This document shows, piece by piece, positions 28,450 to 35,541 of a stretch of DNA of 46,827 nucleotides. Made by a program: the position numbers and the translations under genes. Position 1 is the first letter of the stretch. Each line of letters starts with the position of its first letter. The notes beneath the pieces are model-generated. The model made no database searches. It saw only the letters and a list, made by a program, of their open reading frames with translations, and was not told the DNA's origin. The stretch comes from Actinomycetota bacterium. Lineage in GTDB: Bacteria > Actinomycetota > Acidimicrobiia > Spongiisociales > UBA4744. Location: contig JAADGS010000090.1 of NCBI GenBank assembly GCA_013152275.1, positions 62,001 through 108,827 on the forward strand, read 5' to 3'.

Positions 28450-29261
28450 GGCCCGTCCCTTCCGAAGAGTCGCACGAGGTCACACGCGTGCTCGACGTCG
28501 TGGACACGAATGATGTCGGCTCCGTACTCGAGCGCGAGCGTCACATACGCCATCACTCTCGCCAGTTCGCGTTTGCGCGGTATGGGAATCAGCACCGGAT
28601 ACCCGAGCTTACGAATCACGTCCAGGTGCCGGATGACCCGCAGTTGCTGACGTGTGTACTCCTCGTAGTCGCTCCGGTAGTTGATGGACAAGCCCGGATC
28701 GAGGATCAGATCGGTGACCCCCAGCGCCCGGAGGTCGGAGATGTGGGGAGCAAGACGTTCGGCGACCTGAGCGGCCTTGTCCTGGACGAACTCGAGGTTA
28801 CCCACCGAGAGGGGATCCTCCCCTTCCACGTAGGTGACGACCACAGGCACCGAGGTCGACCGGACAACCTCGACCATTGCTTCGTTCCGCATGCCCCCCG
28901 TGTCATTGACGATTGCCGCACCGGCATCGACGGCCCGGCGGGCGACATGAGGCTTCCATGTGTCCACCGAGACGACGAACTCCTCTGCCACGAGGAGATC
29001 GAGTGCCGGCAGCAACCGTTCGAGTTCCTCTTCCGGTGACAGTTCCACATTGTCGAAGTGAGAGGACTGGCCTCCCAGATCGATCATCGCCGCGCCATGG
29101 TCGCGATACCGGTGGGCCATCGCGAGCGCCTCCCGCGGCGAATTGGCCACCGTGTGACGGTTGTTGGACTCGGGCGAGAGATTGATAACGCCCATGACGT
29201 AGGTTCGATCGCCGGTGAAGTCGAAGCGCCGACTCCCGGCCTCAAGACTGAAGGCGCTCAC
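28446..29261 (-). CDS. folP: Dihydropteroate synthase-like pterin-binding enzyme (divergent)
   Basis: VMGVINLSPES, IDLGGQS, SVDTWK, VNDTGG, ILDPG, RK and GADIIRVHDV. GTG start at 29261 with TACGCT 7 nt upstream. The stop overlaps the holA start (GTGA). Confidence 0.8.
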   Translation of the reverse strand: MSAFSLEAGSRRFDFTGDRTYVMGVINLSPESNNRHTVANSPREALAMAHRYRDHGAAMIDLGGQSSHFDNVELSPEEELERLLPALDLLVAEEFVVSVDTWKPHVARRAVDAGAAIVNDTGGMRNEAMVEVVRSTSVPVVVTYVEGEDPLSVGNLEFVQDKAAQVAERLAPHISDLRALGVTDLILDPGLSINYRSDYEEYTRQQLRVIRHLDVIRKLGYPVLIPIPRKRELARVMAYVTLALEYGADIIRVHDVEHACDLVRLFGRDGP

Positions 29262-29293
29262 GGAACGCAGCGTAGCGTGGGCCTGCAACCAGC

Positions 29294-29384
29294 CGTCGGT
29301 CGTCGGTCGTCGGTCGTCGACGCGTTCCCAACAAGAGCACACCACGTCAACTACTGATTACTGAAGACCGATAACTGAAAACTG
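29294..29384. repeat. Inverted pair of heptamer arrays: (CGTCGGT)x3-4 and (ACYGANN)x4-5
   Basis: cgtcggt x3 + cgtcga (29294-29320); actgatt actgaag accgata actgaaa actg (29353-29384). Confidence 0.82.
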
Positions 29385-29386
29385 CC

Positions 29387-29842
29387 TCACGGCCCGACGA
29401 GCAGTGAGCCTGTCAACAGGTGAGCCCCGGGATCGAGGTGGAACACCACCGTATCGGTTCCTGTCTCCGCAGGGTCGATACGGCCGATCGCCACAGGAAT
29501 CACCATGCGGTTCAACGACAGATCAACCGTGCCCTGCCACGGATACGCCGAGTTGTTCGTGACCCGGACGGTCAGGTTGAGCCGACCATCCGATTCGGCC
29601 CGGGCCTTCAGATCCACGGCTAGGCCGCCACAAAGGCCGCTATCTTCCCCGGTCTGTCCCGTTGCCGAACTGGTAACGACCGCGCTGCCGTCTTCGGCGA
29701 CGATGACACTGAACGGTGCTGCCACGTTTTCCTCGCAGGTCAGCACGTGGGTGAGACCGCGAAGTGACGATGCTGCAATCGGGATCAAGAAGACCCCGAG
29801 TATCAACACGATCGCAACCCGCGACTTGAGGATCGATGGCAT
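29387..29842 (-). CDS. Hypothetical membrane-anchored/secreted beta-rich protein
   Basis: N-terminal hydrophobic helix (RVAIVLILGVFLIPIAA), two Cys, and beta-strand-like VRVTNNSAYPWQGTVDL. TACACT lies 6 nt before ATG 29842. Confidence 0.65.
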   Translation of the reverse strand: MPSILKSRVAIVLILGVFLIPIAASSLRGLTHVLTCEENVAAPFSVIVAEDGSAVVTSSATGQTGEDSGLCGGLAVDLKARAESDGRLNLTVRVTNNSAYPWQGTVDLSLNRMVIPVAIGRIDPAETGTDTVVFHLDPGAHLLTGSLLVGP

Positions 29843-29953
29843 GGTTCCAGTGTAAGACGCAGACACCGGCTTGCTCCCGACATCCGGCAACGACCCGCCG
29901 TAAACGGCACGCTCCGACTCTGGTCACCAGGGACTCGGCACCGGGAACTACCA

Positions 29954-29966
29954 TCACGAGCTGTGA
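29954..29966. promoter_or_regulatory. TCAC-N5-GTGA (BldD-box-like) site over the predicted transcription/translation start of the degenerate-GGDEF gene
   Basis: TCAC GAGCT GTGA, between TACCAT (29949-29954) and the GTG start at 29963. Confidence 0.35.
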
Positions 29967-30781
29967 CGAACATTCCTTATCGACGAGCACGCATCCTCCT
30001 CACCGGCGTAGGGCTGATCGTGCTCAGCCTCGTCGCCTTGATCATGTATGTGCGCAGCGTCGATCCCATCGAAGTGATCGGAACGCTGCTCTTCATCCCT
30101 GTCTTTCTCGGCTTGATGTTCTGGGGCCTTCGCGGAGGCGTGATCGTCGGTCTGGTTGCCGCCGTCGCATACGCCGCCATTCGGTCTCCCGCGATCGCAG
30201 CCGTTGGTGCCGGCCGATTCACCGGGCTGATCCTCGGCAGAGCGGCCGGATATCTGGCATTCGGGGCAATCGGTGGCTGGGCGGCGGATCAGCTGCGTGC
30301 TTCTATCGACAAGCTCGGCCTCTACGACCAGGTCGACGATGCGACGGGCCTGCTGAATGCCAGGGCGGTCCTGCAGACGATCGACATGGAACGCAGCCGT
30401 GCCCGGCGATACGAGAAAGTCTTCTCGGTGGTGCTCGTCGAAATCCCCACATCGGTGTTCGAGGGGTTGCGACGGCGCAAACGTCGCACCGTGCTGAAGG
30501 AGATCGGCCGCGATCTGGCGGCAAGCATACGGGCTGCCGATCGCTGCGGACATGCGCTGGAGGCAGACCGGCATCTGATCACCGTCATCCTCCCGGAGAC
30601 CGGCCGTCAGGGAGCCCAGAGCTTCTTGGACACGCTCCAGCTCCGCCTCGCCGAGGGCTTGCGGAATCGCGGCGCCTCCCCGGATCGGATCGTGGGAGAT
30701 CTCGTTACGTTCCCGGATGACCCCGTCGACGAGATCGAGGTGCGCCTCGGAGCGATAGCGCAACGAGAGTTCCCCGACTGA
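29963..30781 (+). CDS. Membrane protein with a degenerate GGDEF (diguanylate cyclase-like) domain
   Basis: About 4 N-terminal TM helices, then D.ATGLLNAR, ERSRARRYEKVFSVVLVEI, IRAADRCGH and VILPET...GA. No GG(D/E)EF; RxxD (RAAD) sits at the I-site position. Confidence 0.75.
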   Translation: MTNIPYRRARILLTGVGLIVLSLVALIMYVRSVDPIEVIGTLLFIPVFLGLMFWGLRGGVIVGLVAAVAYAAIRSPAIAAVGAGRFTGLILGRAAGYLAFGAIGGWAADQLRASIDKLGLYDQVDDATGLLNARAVLQTIDMERSRARRYEKVFSVVLVEIPTSVFEGLRRRKRRTVLKEIGRDLAASIRAADRCGHALEADRHLITVILPETGRQGAQSFLDTLQLRLAEGLRNRGASPDRIVGDLVTFPDDPVDEIEVRLGAIAQREFPD

Positions 30782-30785
30782 TCGT

Positions 30786-32933
30786 TCACCGGAAGGGGAC
30801 CACGATGTCGCCTTCTTCATCGGTGCGTCGCACGACCGTGCCGGCAGACTCAAAGGCCGCGATGACCTCGAGAGACGGGTGTCCGAACGTGTTTTGCCCG
30901 ACGCTGATGATCGCCTGCGTCGGTCTCGTCGAGAGAAGCCACCCGACATCCGAAGTATCGGCTCCCTGATGAGGCACTTTCAGCACATCGGTGGGGATGG
31001 GTCCGAGTTCGGACTGGGCGATCTTCTCCACGTCGCCGGGAAAGAGCATCGTCGTCCCGTAGCCCTGCACGACGAGTACGAGAGACTGGTCGTTGGGCGA
31101 TGCATAGCGTCGCAGAGGCCCTGCCACGATGATGTCGAGGTCCCCGATGGCGACCCTCTGCCCGACCGGTGGCACCAGAACAGGGACCCCTCGCCGTTCG
31201 GCCTCCGAGAGCAACTCGACGGAGGCGGGCCCGCCTTGCGGATACCCGGAGTGCCACAGTGCCCCCACGGGGAGATGCTCGAGAACGGCCAGGAGCCCCG
31301 CCGCGTGATCATCGTGTGGATGCGACAGCACCATGAGATCGATGCTGCGGACCCCGTACTCTGCAAGCTTGTGCAGGATCAGAACGGGGTCAGGCCCCCC
31401 GTCGATCAGCAGCGTCTGGCCGCCCGAACCGATGATGAGTTCCGAGTCCCCTTGTCCGACGTCCAGGAACACGGTCGACGGGCCGGCTACTCGATGTGCG
31501 GGGATGGCGACCGTGACGAACACGATCGCCCCTGCAACCACGGCGAGCAGAGGACGCAGCTTCCGTGATCGGGCAAGGAAGCCGCCTGCCGCGACCAGAA
31601 GAGCAGCCATCGGCCCGATCTGCGGCCAACTCGAGGCCGTCTTCGCGATGAACAGCACGGCGCCCGCGGCGCGCACCCCCACTTCGGTCAGGAACGGCAC
31701 GCCTGCGAGGAGTCCGATTCCTCCTGATGCCGTCGAGGTCATCACCAGTGGCGATGCGAGGAGATTGGCCAGTGGTGAGAGCAGCGGCAACGCACCGAAG
31801 TGTGCAAGGAGGACTGGAGCGACTGCTATCTGCGCTGCAACGGTCACTCCCAGGGGTGCACCGAGCCGGCGGGGTAATCGGTCCTTGAAGATGTCGGCCC
31901 CCGCCATGACCCCGATCGTCGCGGCAACGGAAAGTTGGAATCCGATATCTCCGCCGAGTTCGCCCGACACCAGCAGCAGCGCCGAAACGGACGTGCCGAG
32001 TGCGATCCACGGTGTGAGGGCGATTCCGACGGAGCGAGCCACCAACAGGAGGCCTGCCATGCCCGCGGCACGAAGGACCGAAGGCTCCCAACGGGTTATG
32101 ACCACGAACACGGCAAGGCCGACCAGGCCGGCGACCGCCCTCCGGCGAGGTCCGAAGGCGAACGGCCCGACGATGACCCACCAAAGCAGAAGGAACAGCG
32201 CAACGTTGGACCCCGAGACCGCAACGAAATGGGACAGTCCCGACCTGCGAAGCTGGTCCGAGGCCACCGGTGGCAATCGGCGAATATCACCGATCAGAAA
32301 CCCGGAGAGCAGCGCTTCCGCGGCGCCCCCGCCGTGAGCATCCAGTCCTGCCGCGATCCTTCGCCGCACGGCGTTCCCAACCGAGAACAAAGGGTCGGAG
32401 GCCGATGATACGATCGTCACGCTCGCACCCCGGATGACGCCGGCATACGGATCACCGCGCGCTCTCCCGCCTTGCGTCCGGGCGGTACCTTTCACGACCA
32501 CGCGATCCCGGGCGGCAATCTCGGTTGCCGTATCGACCGCGACGAGGATCGGAGCCCCATCCCAGACCTGCCAGGTGTGGTCATACTCGATGTGGGTCGG
32601 TTGGAAGAGGAACCAGTCGCCCGATCCGCCGGGACGGAGATCGTCGATTGCCCAGCCCGCGAGCTTGACGGGGCCGTCGACCGAGGGAGCTGTGAGCACC
32701 GACGACTCCCTTGCCGCAGACAGCGAGCCGGAGAGCGAGCCTGCCACGAGCAGCGCAGCAGCCACGACCGTCCAATCTCGACGGACGGTCACCAGAATCG
32801 TGCCTCCGACGACCACCGCCCCGGCGACCGCGGGCACGCCTACGAGCCTGCCGACGGCCACGGCACTCCACACGAGCGCTCCGGCACCCAGAGTCCAGCG
32901 TCCGGCGACGCCGGGCAGTCGCAGTCGTGTCAC
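30786..32933 (-). CDS. comEC: Competence protein ComEC/Rec2 (DNA uptake channel with metallo-beta-lactamase domain)
   Basis: GLSHFVAVSGSNV, EPSVLRA, IGFQLS, FLDVGQGDS, SHPHDDHAAG, NDQSLV, LKVPHQG and NTFGHP. Confidence 0.93.
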   Translation of the reverse strand: MTRLRLPGVAGRWTLGAGALVWSAVAVGRLVGVPAVAGAVVVGGTILVTVRRDWTVVAAALLVAGSLSGSLSAARESSVLTAPSVDGPVKLAGWAIDDLRPGGSGDWFLFQPTHIEYDHTWQVWDGAPILVAVDTATEIAARDRVVVKGTARTQGGRARGDPYAGVIRGASVTIVSSASDPLFSVGNAVRRRIAAGLDAHGGGAAEALLSGFLIGDIRRLPPVASDQLRRSGLSHFVAVSGSNVALFLLLWWVIVGPFAFGPRRRAVAGLVGLAVFVVITRWEPSVLRAAGMAGLLLVARSVGIALTPWIALGTSVSALLLVSGELGGDIGFQLSVAATIGVMAGADIFKDRLPRRLGAPLGVTVAAQIAVAPVLLAHFGALPLLSPLANLLASPLVMTSTASGGIGLLAGVPFLTEVGVRAAGAVLFIAKTASSWPQIGPMAALLVAAGGFLARSRKLRPLLAVVAGAIVFVTVAIPAHRVAGPSTVFLDVGQGDSELIIGSGGQTLLIDGGPDPVLILHKLAEYGVRSIDLMVLSHPHDDHAAGLLAVLEHLPVGALWHSGYPQGGPASVELLSEAERRGVPVLVPPVGQRVAIGDLDIIVAGPLRRYASPNDQSLVLVVQGYGTTMLFPGDVEKIAQSELGPIPTDVLKVPHQGADTSDVGWLLSTRPTQAIISVGQNTFGHPSLEVIAAFESAGTVVRRTDEEGDIVVPFR

Positions 32934-33475
32934 GGCACGATCACCGAATCACGAAGCGCCGCAAGTTTTCCTTCACCGATGCCGGGAACATCCAAGAGAT
33001 CCTCGATGGTCTCAAATGGCCCGTTGCGTTCGCGGTAGTCGAATATGCGCTTGGCGAGGACCGGTCCCACCCCCGGCAACGCTTCCAACTCTTGCGCGCC
33101 GGCGCGATTGACCGCGACCTTGCCTGCATCCACGGCCGCCGGTGACCCCTCGGCGGCGATCGAAGGTACATCGACCTGCTGCCCATCAGAGATCGGCGCG
33201 GCGAGATTGACGCCGCTCAACTGCGCATAGGGAAGGACCCCGCCTGCTCCGGCGATGGCGTCGGCCACGCGTGCCGGTGCCGAGATCTCGACGAGGCCCG
33301 GATGGAGGACCGCCCCCGACACGTAGACGGTCACCGTGTCGATCGCCTCCTCGAGACGAACGGCCGGAGGGGTCTCCACAGGAGCTGTGGCCGCGCTCGG
33401 TCTGCCGAACCAGAGGCCGGCAGCCGCTGCAAGCGCGAGCGCCCCTGCTGCAATGAGAGTGGAGAATCGAGTCAA
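32930..33475 (-). CDS. comEA: Competence DNA-binding protein ComEA (SLBB + helix-hairpin-helix)
   Basis: N-terminal TM, VYVSGAVLHPGLV...RVADAI..AGG, NLAAPISDGQQV, LEALPGVGPVLA and LLDVPGIGE. Confidence 0.93.
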   Translation of the reverse strand: MTRFSTLIAAGALALAAAAGLWFGRPSAATAPVETPPAVRLEEAIDTVTVYVSGAVLHPGLVEISAPARVADAIAGAGGVLPYAQLSGVNLAAPISDGQQVDVPSIAAEGSPAAVDAGKVAVNRAGAQELEALPGVGPVLAKRIFDYRERNGPFETIEDLLDVPGIGEGKLAALRDSVIVP

Positions 33476-33546
33476 GGATCCCTCGTCGCTCTTGTATCAC
33501 CCTGCCGCCGCCGGGTGAAGTAGGTTGTGCTCGACCAAGGAGACAC

Positions 33547-34350
33547 ATGAACCGCTATCGCGTCGAACCCGGAACCGCCGTCCGCCTCTCCGAACGGGAT
33601 CCGGCAGACACGACGGCGTTCACCGGCAAGAAGAAGGCCGGCCGCAAGAAAGCCCAGGCGTTGAATCACAGATTGGAGAATCTCCAGGAACTTCTCTACG
33701 CGGAAGGAAAACACCGACTCCTCGTCGTGCTCCAGGCGATGGACACCGGTGGCAAGGATGGAACGATCCGGCATGTCTTCGACGGCACGAACCCACAGGG
33801 TGTCAAGGTCGCCTCATTCAAGAAGCCCACGTCACGAGAGCTGGCCCACGACTACTTGTGGCGAGTCCACCCGCACACACCGGGCAACGGCGAGATCGTC
33901 ATCTTCAACCGTTCCCACTACGAGGACGTTCTTGTCGTCAGGGTGCACGGCCTCGTCCCGGCCGACGTCTGGAGCCGGCGCTACGACCAGATCAATGCCT
34001 TCGAGAAGAGACTCGCCGACGAGGGCACGACGATCCTCAAGTTCTTCCTGCACATCTCCAAGGAGGAGCAGCGACTGCGGCTGCAGGCCCGTCTGGACGA
34101 GCCGACGAAACACTGGAAGTTCTCCCGGAACGACCTCGCCGAACGGCAACGGTGGGACGCCTACGCGGAGGCGTACGAGGCCGTCCTGTCAAAGACGTCG
34201 ACTCCGTCGGCACCTTGGTACGTGGTTCCTGCAGACCGGAAGTGGTACCGCAACCTGGTGGTCTCCGAGGTGCTGGTCGACACGCTCGAACGTCTCGACA
34301 TGCGATACCCGGAGGCGGAGGAGGGTCTCGACCAGGTGGTCATCACCTGA
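33547..34350 (+). CDS. ppk2: Polyphosphate kinase 2 family (PPK2, likely class III)
   Basis: LLVVLQAMDTGGKDGTI, FKKPT..ELAHDYLWR, IFNRSHYEDVL, KFFLHISKEEQ and APWYVVPADRKWYRN. RBS AAGGAG. Confidence 0.93.
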   Translation: MNRYRVEPGTAVRLSERDPADTTAFTGKKKAGRKKAQALNHRLENLQELLYAEGKHRLLVVLQAMDTGGKDGTIRHVFDGTNPQGVKVASFKKPTSRELAHDYLWRVHPHTPGNGEIVIFNRSHYEDVLVVRVHGLVPADVWSRRYDQINAFEKRLADEGTTILKFFLHISKEEQRLRLQARLDEPTKHWKFSRNDLAERQRWDAYAEAYEAVLSKTSTPSAPWYVVPADRKWYRNLVVSEVLVDTLERLDMRYPEAEEGLDQVVIT

Positions 34351-34352
34351 AC

Positions 34353-34469
34353 GGTTTTCCTGTCAATGGCAGCGTCGGATAGCGACGCCGGCATTGACGA
34401 GAAAATGGGAGTGGTTTTTCTGTCAATGGCAGCGTCGGATAGCGACGCCAGCATTGACGAGAAAGCGGG
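34353..34469. repeat. Tandem duplication (period 60 bp) of a REP-like palindrome
   Basis: Unit GGTTTTYCTGTCAATGGCAGCGTCG-GATAG-CGACGCCRGCATTGACGAGAAA at 34353 and 34413. Confidence 0.9.
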
Positions 34470-34712
34470 TGATATCCCGCTCTCTGTGCACATCGATGTC
34501 GACGTCGTCAATCCCGCCGAAATGCCGGCCGTGAACTACCCATCGCCCGGCGGCCCGTCGCTGGATGCCGTGGCGTCGTTGTTGCGCTCGATCTCGTCGA
34601 CCGGCCGGCTGCTCGCCTGCTCATTCTCGTCCTGGAATCCTGCGCTCCCTGGAGCGGAGGCCCCTGCGGCCGCAACCGAGACACTCACCGACGCGTTGGC
34701 GTGGCTGCGCGC
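34468..34712 (+). pseudogene. C-terminal remnant of an arginase/ureohydrolase-family gene
   Basis: PLSVHIDVDVVNPAEMPAVNYPSPGGPS...SFSSWNP fits the arginase H-x-DxD...P...PGG...(E/W)NP segment. The N-terminal metal ligands are absent. Confidence 0.7.
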
Positions 34713-35525
34713 TAGCGATGCCTGTCGAACCAGGAATACGGTGAGCGCACCGATGACCACCAGTGCGGCAACGAGTTGGTTGGCCCGAAACCCGAACACG
34801 TGTGTGGCGGAGTCGGTACGGATGAACTCGAGGAGAAAACGACCGAGACCGTAGAACACCAGATACCCCATGATCATGTTGCCTCTGGCGATCTTGAACC
34901 GTTTCTCGATCAGCAGCAGCAGCGGGATCACGAGAAGCGCGTTCCACGCAGACTCGTAGAGGAACGTCGGATGAAACGTGGCCGCATCCGCATACTGAGA
35001 GGGGCGGAACTGCGGGGCGATCTGCACTGCCCATGGAAGGTTGGACGGCGTGCCGAACAGCTCCTGGTTCATGTAGTTGCCCCACCGCCCGATCGCCTGG
35101 GCGGCGGGTAACCCGATCGCCGCCGCATCTGCGAACGCGGCGACGTTCCAGAACCGCCCCTTGCCCGGAGTCCTGTGAACGAGCATGAGGACAACACCGA
35201 CGATCGCTCCGACGGTCAGTCCACCGAAGAACGCCAAACCGCCTTCCCAGATGGCGAAAACGTGCCACAACCCTCCTGAGGTCACCTCGGCCCAGCGTGG
35301 GATCACATACGCGGCCCTGGCCCCGAGCAAGCCTCCAACGACCGCCCATATGGACACGGTCTCCGCGAGGTGTGGGTCTCCCCCGTAGCGCTCGAACCGC
35401 CGCATCGTCACCCAGATCGCGACGAGCACACCGATGCCGATGAGCAGCCCGTAGTAGTGGATCGTCAGAGGACCGATCGACAACGTGTTGGTTGATGGGG
35501 AGGGAATCGACGCAAGCATCGACAT
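34536..35525 (-). CDS. lgt: Prolipoprotein diacylglyceryl transferase
   Basis: ASIPSPS...IGPLTIHYYGL, GARA.YV, IWEGGLAFFGG, AQAIGRWGNY.NQELFG and HPTFLYES. Start ATG 35525. The last ~55 aa are antisense to the arginase remnant. Confidence 0.93.
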   Translation of the reverse strand: MSMLASIPSPSTNTLSIGPLTIHYYGLLIGIGVLVAIWVTMRRFERYGGDPHLAETVSIWAVVGGLLGARAAYVIPRWAEVTSGGLWHVFAIWEGGLAFFGGLTVGAIVGVVLMLVHRTPGKGRFWNVAAFADAAAIGLPAAQAIGRWGNYMNQELFGTPSNLPWAVQIAPQFRPSQYADAATFHPTFLYESAWNALLVIPLLLLIEKRFKIARGNMIMGYLVFYGLGRFLLEFIRTDSATHVFGFRANQLVAALVVIGALTVFLVRQASLARSHANASVSVSVAAAGASAPGSAGFQDENEQASSRPVDEIERNNDATASSDGPPGDG

Positions 35526-35541
35526 GAGGCTACCGCCCTTG

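Noticed and set aside
34353..34469. Two near-identical palindromic repeats resembling a CRISPR mini-array
   Set aside because: Units are ~52-60 bp, directly adjacent without a unique spacer, and there are no cas genes. It is a tandem REP-like duplication.
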